Assembly: GCA_963820525.1 (NCBI GenBank)
Contig: CAWGAA010000001.1
Span: forward strand, 1 to 64,000
Source: an uncultured Spirochaetota bacterium
GTDB lineage: Bacteria; Spirochaetota; Spirochaetia; SZUA-6; Fen-1364
Direction: 5' to 3'
Length of the DNA stretch: 64,000 bases
How positions within the stretch are numbered: the first letter of the stretch is position 1; every line of letters begins with the position of its first letter. This document shows, piece after piece, positions 30,321 through 39,073 of this stretch. The notes below the pieces were generated by a model. The model made no database searches, was not told the origin of the DNA, and saw only the letters and a list, made by a program, of their open reading frames with translations. The translations under genes and the position numbers were made by a program.

Positions 30321-33300
30321 TGGCTGTTTCGTATCTTCATTTCCGCTCCTCCTTTTCCCTCCTGCGCGGCTGCAGGTCTCCCGAGGAGATCTGCCGGCTT
30401 TCCCGGGAGCGCGGACTTTCCGCCGTGGCGCTGGCGGACGTCAACAACTTCTACGGGCTCATCCGCTTCCTCCAGGCAGCCGGCCGCGAAGGGATCAAGC
30501 CCATCGCAGGCGTTACGGTGGAGCGCAAGGGCCAGGAGCTCTTCACTGCCTACGTGATGAACCGCGCGGGCTTCTCGAATATCTGCCGGGTGCTTACGGG
30601 CATGCTGACGGACGAGGGGTTCGATCCGGTCGAGGCGTTGGCGCGGGAGGGCTGGGAGGGGCTTTCCCTCCTCTCCCGCCGGCACGATGTCCTCGCCCGG
30701 CTGGCTGCTCTCCGGGGAGCGGCAGGGACCTCGCCTTGCCCGCCCGCGCTCCAGCATTCTTCGGGCGTGCCCACGTCCGCTCCCCGGCGCTTGCCGGCGC
30801 CGAAAGGGCTTTTCGTGGAGCTTCGCTACGGAGAGCCGTTCGCCGCCCTTGCCCGCTTTTCCCGGGAAAGCGGGCTTCCCCCGATCGCCGTTGCGGACAC
30901 GGTCTTTTTCGATGACGAGGACGAGCGGCTGTATCCCCTGCTTCGCGCCATAGACCTGAACGTCACCCTGGAGCACGTTCCCGCCGTCGAAGCGGCGGGG
31001 CCGGGACGGCGCTTCGTCGCCCCCGAGGCCGTCGAAAGGTTTTTCTCAGCAGTGCCCGAGGCGCTGAGCAATGCCCGGACCGTCGCCGAGGAGGCCAGCG
31101 CTGAGGGGATCATCAGACCGCACTACGTGTTTCCCTCCTTCGACGGGCTTTCAGACGCGGATACCTTCCGGCTTCTGGTCCGGCTCTGTGAAGAGGGGGC
31201 TGTCCGCCGCTACGGCGCGGCCGCGGTGCGTCCAGCAGCGGATGCCGTGGTCCTCCCCGGGGGCGAGGCGGCGGCCCCCGGGAACGGTGCAGCGGCCCGC
31301 CCCTGGGGAGGCAACCTGCGCCCCGATATCAGGCAGCGCCTCGATTACGAGCTTGCCATCATCCGGGAGAAGGGTTTTGCCTCCTACTTCCTGGTGGTGC
31401 GCGACATCGTGCAGCAGTGTCCCCGCACCTGCGGGAGGGGCAGCGCGGCCTCCAGCATCGTCTCCTACCTCCTGGGCATCACCCACGTGGACCCCCTGCG
31501 CTACACCCTGTTCTTCGAGCGCTTCCTCAACCGGGGCAGGAAGGACCCGCCGGACATCGACGTGGACTTCCCCTGGGACGAGCGGGACGGAATCTTGCGC
31601 TTCGTGTTCCAGAAGCACGCGGGCAAGGCCGCCATGGTGGCCAACCACGTCACCTTCGGCCCGCGCTCCGCCCTGCGGGACCCCGCCAAGGCCATGGGCA
31701 TCCCGGAGGAGGAGATCGGAGAGCTGGTGCGGCTCTTCAAGCTGGGCAGGGTGGAGGAGCTTCCCCCGTACCTGCGGGAGGCAGCCGCGCGTCTTCGCGG
31801 CATGCCCCGCAACCTCGGGACCCACTGCGGGGGGGTGGTGATCACCCCGGGGCCCATTACTAACTACACGCACGTGCAGACCTCGCCCCTGGGCTACCCC
31901 GTCATCGCATGGGAGAAGGACGCCACGGAAGAGGCGGGACTGGTGAAGATCGACCTCCTGGGAAACCGCTCCCTCGGGGTCCTGCGCGACACGCTGGCCC
32001 TGGTGGAAAAGAATCACGGCGTGCGCCTGGACTGGGAGAGCTTCGACCCCCTGAGAGACCCCGAAACGCGGGACCTGATCGCCGCGGGAAAGACCCTGGG
32101 GGTCTTCTACGTGGAATCCCCGGCCACCCGCCAGCTCCTCACCAAGATGGAAAGGGGAGACTACGAGAACCTGGTCATCGCGAGCTCCATCATCCGGCCC
32201 GCCGCCAACCAGTACATCCGCACCTTCGTCAAGCGCCTCCACGGCGCCCCCTACCGTCCCCTTCACCACCTGATCGAGGGCACCCTCGCGGAAACCTACG
32301 GGGTCATGGTCTACCAGGAGGACGTGTCCCGGGTGGCCATCGACCTTGCGGGCTTCTCCATTGAAGACGCCGATCGTCTGCGGAAGATCCTCACCAAGAA
32401 GGATCGGGAGCTGCGCCTGCCCGACTTCAGGGAGAAGTTCTTCAGGAGCGGCGCGGCCCGCGGAGTGGAGGAGGGGGCCCTGGAGAAGGCGTGGGACATG
32501 ATCCTCTCCTTCGACGGATACTCCTTCTGCAAGGCCCACAGCGCCTCCTATGCCCAGGTTTCCTACCGCCTGGCGTACCTCAAGCGTTTCTACCCGCTGG
32601 AGTTCATCGCGTCCGTGATCAACAACGGCGGCGGCTTCTACGGCCGCCAGACCTATGTCGACGAATGCAGGAGGATGGGTTTTCCCGTCCGTGCGCCGGA
32701 CGTCAACGCGAGCCGCTGGGAGTACACGGTGGAAGGGGGGGCGGGAGCTGCGGGCGAAGCGGTTGCCCGTCCGGGGGGCGGTGCGGCTGCCCGCCCTAGG
32801 GACGGGACGCCGTGCCCCGCGGATGGTACGGCGGCCCGCGAAGCGGCGGCAGCGACGCCCTGCCTGCGGGTCGGGTTGGGGCAGCTTCGCGACCTTTCAC
32901 GCCCCTTCATCGAGTCGCTGATCGCCGAGCGGGAGCGGGGAGGGCCCTTTGCGGGCTTTCACGACCTGCTGTCGCGCACCCGCCCCCGCTACTCGGAGCT
33001 GCGCACGCTCATCCGCTCCGGGGCACTGGACTCGATCTCGGAAGGGTGCACCCGGCCGCAGCTTTTCTTCCGCTACCAGAACGCGGAGCGGGAGGAGGGC
33101 TTCGGCTTCGTTGCCCCGGCCCCGCCAGCGGTGGGAGACTACCCGCAGGGCGTGAAGATCCGCGACGAGGTGGAGACCCTCGGCCTGATGGTCTCCCGCC
33201 ATCCCCTCGCGCTCTTCCGGCGGCGCATCGCCGCGATGGTTGAGAAGCATCGCCTGGCGCCATTTCTTCGCTCATCAACCGAGATCCCCCGCTGGCGCGG

Positions 33301-33640
33301 AAAACGGGTCTGGATCTCGGGGATCCTCGTAACGGGAAAGGAAGTGGCCACGAAGAAGCGCGAGCCGATGATCTTTGTCAGCTTCGAGGACGAGGAGTCG
33401 GTTTTCGAGACCGTCCTTTTTCCCGATGCCTTCCGCGCGTATTATCCCATCCTGGACGGCGGCTGGGCGTTCCTGGTCCACGGCAGGGTGGAGGAGGATC
33501 TCGGGGCGCTCGCCGTCAGCGTGGAAAAGCTCGTGGCGCTGTCGCGACAGGATGCAACGGGCGCCGGCGCCGCCGAGCGTCCGCCCGTGTTTCTCTGGGG
33601 ATACGGAAATGCGGATGAGTACGCGGCCGCAGGGGGGTAA
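30320..33640 (+). CDS. dnaE: DNA polymerase III alpha subunit, accessory (DnaE2-like) copy
   Basis: GRGSAASS, FERFLN, PPDIDVDF, HCGG, KIDLLG, YQED and FCKAHS motifs plus an OB fold; degenerate PHP start (HFRSSFS). Confidence 0.9.
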   Translation: MAVSYLHFRSSFSLLRGCRSPEEICRLSRERGLSAVALADVNNFYGLIRFLQAAGREGIKPIAGVTVERKGQELFTAYVMNRAGFSNICRVLTGMLTDEGFDPVEALAREGWEGLSLLSRRHDVLARLAALRGAAGTSPCPPALQHSSGVPTSAPRRLPAPKGLFVELRYGEPFAALARFSRESGLPPIAVADTVFFDDEDERLYPLLRAIDLNVTLEHVPAVEAAGPGRRFVAPEAVERFFSAVPEALSNARTVAEEASAEGIIRPHYVFPSFDGLSDADTFRLLVRLCEEGAVRRYGAAAVRPAADAVVLPGGEAAAPGNGAAARPWGGNLRPDIRQRLDYELAIIREKGFASYFLVVRDIVQQCPRTCGRGSAASSIVSYLLGITHVDPLRYTLFFERFLNRGRKDPPDIDVDFPWDERDGILRFVFQKHAGKAAMVANHVTFGPRSALRDPAKAMGIPEEEIGELVRLFKLGRVEELPPYLREAAARLRGMPRNLGTHCGGVVITPGPITNYTHVQTSPLGYPVIAWEKDATEEAGLVKIDLLGNRSLGVLRDTLALVEKNHGVRLDWESFDPLRDPETRDLIAAGKTLGVFYVESPATRQLLTKMERGDYENLVIASSIIRPAANQYIRTFVKRLHGAPYRPLHHLIEGTLAETYGVMVYQEDVSRVAIDLAGFSIEDADRLRKILTKKDRELRLPDFREKFFRSGAARGVEEGALEKAWDMILSFDGYSFCKAHSASYAQVSYRLAYLKRFYPLEFIASVINNGGGFYGRQTYVDECRRMGFPVRAPDVNASRWEYTVEGGAGAAGEAVARPGGGAAARPRDGTPCPADGTAAREAAAATPCLRVGLGQLRDLSRPFIESLIAERERGGPFAGFHDLLSRTRPRYSELRTLIRSGALDSISEGCTRPQLFFRYQNAEREEGFGFVAPAPPAVGDYPQGVKIRDEVETLGLMVSRHPLALFRRRIAAMVEKHRLAPFLRSSTEIPRWRGKRVWISGILVTGKEVATKKREPMIFVSFEDEESVFETVLFPDAFRAYYPILDGGWAFLVHGRVEEDLGALAVSVEKLVALSRQDATGAGAAERPPVFLWGYGNADEYAAAGG

Positions 33641-33758
33641 AGCCCGGCTGGGGCCGCGCAGGCGGATTTGGCTGGGCTGCTGACAAGGGCTATTCGGCGG
33701 GCGGCGGGGTAAATCGAGGGCAAGGAGCGCTACGACTGCTTCGCGCTCCCCGCTCGCA

Positions 33759-33787
33759 TTGACAAAGCTTCCTGCGCCTACTATCCT
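33759..33787 (+). promoter_or_regulatory. tRNA-Val promoter
   Basis: TTGACA-17-TATCCT. Confidence 0.7.
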
Positions 33788-33819
33788 GCCGTCTGAAACC
33801 GCTTGAGAGGCGGTTTCGC

Positions 33820-33893
33820 GGGCGGTTAGCTCAGTTGGTTAGAGCGTCTCGCTTACACCGAGAAGGTCGAGTGTTCGAGTCACTCACTGCCCA
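33820..33893 (+). tRNA. tRNA-Val(TAC)
   Basis: Cloverleaf with acceptor GGGCGGT/ACTGCCC, anticodon arm TCTCG-CTTACAC-CGAGA and TTCGAGT T-loop; CCA not encoded. Confidence 0.97.
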
Positions 33894-33934
33894 GCGTATC
33901 CCCACACAGTTTGGCGGCGAGCTTCCATAGAGGC

Positions 33935-34063
33935 TCAGCGGTGAGTCGCGATTCTCACGATGGCCTGAATGATCAAAAGCAGGCCGACGACGCCGGCAGC
34001 GGCGAGCAGAAGATATGTGATCCACGCTATGAGATAGCCGAGCACGCCGGATATTCTCCTCAT
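33935..34063 (-). CDS. 42-aa membrane microprotein (not in the ORF track)
   Basis: MRRISGVLGYLIAWITYLLLAAAGVVGLLLIIQAIVRIATHR; AGGAG SD and extended -10 TGGTACAAT at 34081-34089. Confidence 0.65.
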   Translation of the reverse strand: MRRISGVLGYLIAWITYLLLAAAGVVGLLLIIQAIVRIATHR

Positions 34064-34164
34064 TGCGCATCTCCTGAGCTATTGTACCACGGCTGGAAAG
34101 GCGCGAAACCGGTTCCGTTGGTTTTCATGAGGTCAACCAGCCCCATTTTTCGGGTTTTTTCAAG

Positions 34165-34193
34165 TTGACAAGGGGCGTAATTGCGGGTATACT
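34165..34193 (+). promoter_or_regulatory. Near-consensus sigma70 promoter for the RRM gene
   Basis: TTGACA-17-TATACT with T-tracts upstream. Confidence 0.8.
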
Positions 34194-34507
34194 TTCGTAT
34201 CTTTGAGAGACGGTGCGTTGTTCGTTGAAGCGCGTTCCGTGTAAAAAGGTGTTGAGTTTCGAGGATGCCGAAACGAGTTTCGTGGAAGAGACAGCAGGGA
34301 TTGAAAGATTCGCGGCAGAGATAGAGCGGTCGTCATAGGCGGCCATTGCCCCCACCTCCCATTCCTCATCATCCCTTCACATGTGGCTCTTCAGTTGAGA
34401 TCGCTGTGAGAATGCGACGACACCAGGTTTATCGTTGATGAACCACAAAGAATAGCGAATGCAGGGACATGCCCCTGCGCAGCAAACAGGAAAAGGAAGA
34501 ACAAAGC

Positions 34508-34807
34508 ATGGCGAAGAAGATCTATGTCGGCAACATGAGCTACAGCACGAGCGAGGACAGCCTCCGCTCTCTGTTCGCTCCCTACGGCGAGGTAGTGTCG
34601 GTCAACCTCATTACAGACCGCTACACCGGCGAATCGAAGGGTTTCGGCTTCGTCGAGATGGCCGAAGAGAACGCCGCCATGGCGGCAATCAGCGGCTTGA
34701 ACGGCCGTGAGGTGGATGGGCGACAGCTCAGGGTCAATGAAGCCCACGACAAGCCGCGGAGCGACAACAGGTCCGGCTCCGGCGGTTTCAACAGGCGCCG
34801 CTACTAG
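34508..34807 (+). CDS. RRM RNA-binding protein
   Basis: RNP2 IYVGNM, RNP1 KGFGFVEM, LRVNEA, Gly/Arg-rich tail. Confidence 0.95.
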   Translation: MAKKIYVGNMSYSTSEDSLRSLFAPYGEVVSVNLITDRYTGESKGFGFVEMAEENAAMAAISGLNGREVDGRQLRVNEAHDKPRSDNRSGSGGFNRRRY

Positions 34808-34972
34808 AAATTTTTGGCTGCCGGCGGCTCCCCCCCGGGTTCCCGGCGGCAGCCCGTTTTTCCTTTCTCGAGCGAATCCCACGAGAAAGGGACCCCTTCC
34901 GGAGTGCCCCGTTTTTCACGAACGGGTCCGGTGTCCCTTCTCCGTGAAGGCGGAGGGACGAAGGAGAGAGCA

Positions 34973-35215
34973 ATGAACAGACAGCCATACAAAGCCGAGA
35001 AGAGAAGAAAAGAAATCGCACGCCAGAAGAAGCAGGAAGAGAAGCGGCTGAAGAGGCTGGAGAAAAAGCGCGCGAAGGAAGAGCCGGGAGTCGAAGGGGA
35101 AGTTCCCGAGGGAATGGTCTCGGCCGAATCACCGCTCGAAGAGCAGGCAACGGACGGTCCCGTTTCCCCTGATCCCGCGGAAGGCGGAGTCTCCTCGGGA
35201 GAAGAAGGAGCCTGA
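34973..35215 (+). CDS. 80-aa protein with a basic N-half and an acidic tail
   Basis: AAGGAG SD; KAEKRRKEIARQKKQEEKRLKR. Confidence 0.7.
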   Translation: MNRQPYKAEKRRKEIARQKKQEEKRLKRLEKKRAKEEPGVEGEVPEGMVSAESPLEEQATDGPVSPDPAEGGVSSGEEGA

Positions 35216-35356
35216 AGGAAGGGGAAGCTGCCGGAAGGTCTCCCTCGGCTGCCGTATCCGAAAGGCTCCAGCAGAAGCGGCGTCATCGCCGCGACCTCAC
35301 GAGCGTGAAATCTGAAGATCCCATCATCGGTTTCCAAAGAGAGTAAAGGGGTCGGG

Positions 35357-38062
35357 ATGCCAGCGAGCAAGGCGGCCGGAAGAACCATCTATCTCCTGTT
35401 TTTTATCACGGGCGCGGGCAGCCTGATCTACCAGGTGCTCTGGGTGCGGATGTTCGGCCTGGTCTTCGGCAATACCCTCTATGCCTCCAGCGCCGTGCTG
35501 GCCGCGTTCATGGCGGGGCTCGCGCTGGGAAGCTTCCTCTCCGGCTCCTTCATGGAGAAGAGGACGGACGGGCTTCGCGTCTACTCGATTCTCGAGCTGT
35601 GCGTCGGGATCCTCGGACTCGTGATGCCCTTCGCGGTGAAGCTGGCCTCCACTATCGATATCCTCGTCTACAGGCACTCGCAGCCGTCCTACGAGCTTCT
35701 CACGGGGCTGCGCTTTCTCTATTCCTTCATCCTTCTCGTGGTTCCCTGCACCTTCATGGGGGCGACGCTCCCCGCCCTCAGCACATACGTGAAGGACGAC
35801 CGGCATGACGGCAAGGGCTTCATCGGTCGGCTCTATGGAATCAATACGCTGGGGGCCTTTGCTGGCTGTTTTGCGAGCGGATTCTATCTTATCGGGACGA
35901 TCGGAATCACCAGGACGACGTACCTGGCAGCGTTCCTGAACTTCAGCGTTTTTGCAGCAGCCTACCTCCTGTTCGCTCTTCCAGCCCGCAGGCCGGCGGT
36001 ACAGGAGACAGGCAAGCTTGCCAAGACGGCGGAAGCCGCAGCGGCGGCGCCCACAGACTCGCCTCGGGAGCCGGCGAAAAACCTCCTCCTCGGCCGCGTC
36101 ATCCTCGTGGCCTATGCGTTTTCCGGCTTCGCCGCGCTCGCGCTCGAGGTTGGATGGACGAGGTCCCTGGTCTGGGTGATGGGCATGGATTCATACGCCT
36201 TCGCCGCGATGCTCTGCGTCATCCTTGCTGGAATCGGCCTGGGGAGCCTTTTGTATCCGCCGCTCGCAAGACGGGTGCGCAAACCCATCGTCTTTTTGGG
36301 GTATCTTCAGTTCTTCATCGGGGCATTCGTCATCTTCTCCATATTCGCCGTTCATCGCGCCGTGGGCATCAGGAACGGCTTGAGCGACCTGTTGAACGCG
36401 GCCAACCTGAAGGGCCTCTATGGAGTGATCCCCCCCTACACGATCATCCAGATGGCGGTTTCAGCGGCGATTCTTTTCATCCCCTCCCTTCTCATGGGCC
36501 TTGCCTTCCCCTTCTATGCTGCCGCCTCTATCGGGATAACGGGCAGCGTCGGCAGAGGGATCGGCAATATCTATTCGGCGAATACGGTAGGGGCCATCCT
36601 GGGCTCTCTCTTGATGGGCTTCTTCATCGTGCCGTGGTTGGGGCTCCTGCCTTCAATCGCTTTCATGGCGGCGGTGTATTTCTGCGCCTCCATCGCCATC
36701 GTCATGGCGGATCGTGGAGAACCGGTTGCGCGCAGGCTCGTGACGGGAGGTGCGGTTCTCGCCGTTGCCCTTCTCCTCGGGTTCACGACGGACATGAGCT
36801 TCGCGAGCGTCCTCAAGACAACCCTCGGGGCCGATGAATCGCGCAAGGACGAGGCCATCCTCTATTTCAAGGAGCGCGCCACCGGAAGCGTCCTGGTCAA
36901 GCAGAGCCGCATCATGGGAAAGGAGATGCTCATCGACGGGGTCCAGGTGGCCTCCTCGGGAGACTTCGATCTTCATTCCCACATCTATCCCGCGCACTTG
37001 ATGGGGCTCTTGAAAAAGGACCTCGACGACGTGCTGATCATTGCCTTCGGCGCCGGCGGCACCAGCGGCTCCCTGCTCAAATACCCCGAGGTGAAGCGCC
37101 TCGACGTTGTGGAGATCGCCGACGGGGTCATCGAGCCCGCAAAGAAATACTTCACGGACATGAACTCCAACGTGTTCGCGGACCCGAGACTGAACCTGAT
37201 CATCCAGGACGGGAAGAACTACATCAAGATGACGGACAGGAAATACGACATCATCTACTCCGGCCCCATTCATCCCCAGTCAAACCAGGGGAGCGCCGCC
37301 CTCTATACCCGGGAATACTTCGAGGACTGCAGGGCAAAGCTGAAGCCGGGCGGATTCCAATGCCTGTGGCTGCCTCTCCACATGTCGTCTCCCGACGATT
37401 TCATGGCAATAGTGAAGGCATACATGGAGGTTTATCCCTTCGTCACGCTCTGGCAGATGCCGCAGACGGAAACCTCGGAATCTCACCCCCACCTCATCGG
37501 CTCAATGGAACCGGTTCTCCCGGATTATCGGCTCATCGCCGAGCGGCTCTCACGGCCTGAAATCAGGAAGGACATCGCGCGGCTGGGAGATGCGGGCTTG
37601 TCAAAGCCCTCCGAGTTCCTTTCGGAGCTCGCCATGGACCAGACGCAGTTGGCCGAGATGCTGGGCGGCTTCTCCCGGGTCAACACCGACGACACGCCCT
37701 CCGTCGAGTTCTACAAGAGGCCCTTCGATGTGCAGCTGGCCAGCAAGATCACCAAGATCCTGCTCTACCAACAGATAGAAAAGCGCATGGTGGATCCGCT
37801 GGCCCTCGTTCGAAACGTTCCCGCCTCCGAGAACGGAAAGCTGAAGGATGAGCTGGCCAGGCTCTATGCCGGAAACAGGGCGCTCATCAAAGGGCATGCA
37901 TACTACGTGGCCCGGGTGAGCCTCGACCCGGATCCCCAGATGATGGGGAACTTCAACTATCTCATCATTCGAAACTATTCCCAGGCCCTTCGCCTGATTC
38001 CCGAAAGCGGGTATCTGCGGAAGTTCTTCGCCGACAACGGCTTGCAGCCCATGAGGGATTAG
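35357..38062 (+). CDS. Fused MFS-like membrane / spermidine-synthase-like protein
   Basis: IYQVLWVRM, LYGINTLGA, YSANTVGA; VEI, DGKNYI and LYTREYF SAM-fold motifs. Confidence 0.88.
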   Translation: MPASKAAGRTIYLLFFITGAGSLIYQVLWVRMFGLVFGNTLYASSAVLAAFMAGLALGSFLSGSFMEKRTDGLRVYSILELCVGILGLVMPFAVKLASTIDILVYRHSQPSYELLTGLRFLYSFILLVVPCTFMGATLPALSTYVKDDRHDGKGFIGRLYGINTLGAFAGCFASGFYLIGTIGITRTTYLAAFLNFSVFAAAYLLFALPARRPAVQETGKLAKTAEAAAAAPTDSPREPAKNLLLGRVILVAYAFSGFAALALEVGWTRSLVWVMGMDSYAFAAMLCVILAGIGLGSLLYPPLARRVRKPIVFLGYLQFFIGAFVIFSIFAVHRAVGIRNGLSDLLNAANLKGLYGVIPPYTIIQMAVSAAILFIPSLLMGLAFPFYAAASIGITGSVGRGIGNIYSANTVGAILGSLLMGFFIVPWLGLLPSIAFMAAVYFCASIAIVMADRGEPVARRLVTGGAVLAVALLLGFTTDMSFASVLKTTLGADESRKDEAILYFKERATGSVLVKQSRIMGKEMLIDGVQVASSGDFDLHSHIYPAHLMGLLKKDLDDVLIIAFGAGGTSGSLLKYPEVKRLDVVEIADGVIEPAKKYFTDMNSNVFADPRLNLIIQDGKNYIKMTDRKYDIIYSGPIHPQSNQGSAALYTREYFEDCRAKLKPGGFQCLWLPLHMSSPDDFMAIVKAYMEVYPFVTLWQMPQTETSESHPHLIGSMEPVLPDYRLIAERLSRPEIRKDIARLGDAGLSKPSEFLSELAMDQTQLAEMLGGFSRVNTDDTPSVEFYKRPFDVQLASKITKILLYQQIEKRMVDPLALVRNVPASENGKLKDELARLYAGNRALIKGHAYYVARVSLDPDPQMMGNFNYLIIRNYSQALRLIPESGYLRKFFADNGLQPMRD

Positions 38063-38070
38063 GCGGGCCC

Positions 38071-38118
38071 AAAAAAAGGCGCCGGGAGGAAAGCCCGCGG
38101 GGGCTCTTCTCCGGCGCC
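38071..38118 (-). terminator. Intrinsic terminator of the sugar operon (possibly bidirectional)
   Basis: GGCGCCGG...CCGGCGCC hairpin flanked by A7 on the plus strand. Confidence 0.7.
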
Positions 38119-38142
38119 AAAAGCCTTTCCTCCGGCGAGAAT

Positions 38143-39060
38143 CTACTCTTTCAACGATCCCACGGTGAGTCCCTTCACGAAATATCTCTGGAAGAAGGGG
38201 TAGGCCAGGATGATCGGCCCGATGGAGAGCACCGCCATCGCCATCTGGGCCGATCGTGACGGCATCCTTCTCAGGATCTCCCCCGTGACGCCGCTCAAGT
38301 TGCCCGCCATGCTTGACAAATACTGGATATCCATCTGGACCCGATACATGAGGAACTGGATATTGTACCACTGCGGGTCGGTCACCAGCATCAGGGGCAG
38401 CCACCAGTCGTTCCACAGCCAGATCGTGGTGAAGAGCGCAATTGTGGCAAGGCCGGGCTTGGCCAGGTGTATGATGATTCTAAAAAATATCGTGTACTCT
38501 CCCGCGCCGTCCATCTTGGCTGATTCCACGATGGAGTCGGGCACGTTGGCCCTGTAGAACGTGCGCATGATGAGCACGTGCCACCCGTTCATCAGGTAGG
38601 GCACGAACAGGGCGAATGGGGTGTTTTTCAGGCCGATCCTTGTGCAGACGATGTACCAGGGGGCGAGACCCGCGGAGAAGAGCATCGTGAAGAACACGAA
38701 GAAGGAGAAAAACTTCCCCCAGATGAAGTCCCTGCGCGACAGGGCGTAGGCGTACAGAGCCACGGTAAGGGCCCCGCACAGCGTGCCGGCGACGGTGACG
38801 ATGATGCTCAGGACATACGCCCGCAGCACCGCGTCTCCACCCGTGCGGAGCACGAAGTTGTAGGATTCCGTGGAGGTCTTGGCCGGGATGAGCCTGAAGC
38901 CGCGTATCGCCAGCGTCGTCTCGTCAGAGAACGAGATGCCCAGAACGAGGAAGAGGGGATAGAGGCATATGACCAGCATTGCCAGGAACACGATGTGCGT
39001 AACGATCTGGCCGATGGTTCCGGATTGATGCGCCTTGGTGGTAAGCGTCGTTTCGTTCAT
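38143..39060 (-). CDS. Carbohydrate ABC transporter permease (MalG/LplC-like)
   Basis: ESAKMDGA EAA loop, WND and PFFQRYFVKG motifs. Confidence 0.93.
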   Translation of the reverse strand: MNETTLTTKAHQSGTIGQIVTHIVFLAMLVICLYPLFLVLGISFSDETTLAIRGFRLIPAKTSTESYNFVLRTGGDAVLRAYVLSIIVTVAGTLCGALTVALYAYALSRRDFIWGKFFSFFVFFTMLFSAGLAPWYIVCTRIGLKNTPFALFVPYLMNGWHVLIMRTFYRANVPDSIVESAKMDGAGEYTIFFRIIIHLAKPGLATIALFTTIWLWNDWWLPLMLVTDPQWYNIQFLMYRVQMDIQYLSSMAGNLSGVTGEILRRMPSRSAQMAMAVLSIGPIILAYPFFQRYFVKGLTVGSLKE

Positions 39061-39073
39061 TTCCGTCTCCTTG

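Noticed and set aside
30715..32860. Inteins in DnaE
   Set aside because: The inserts are short, low-complexity and lack C/S...HN splice motifs
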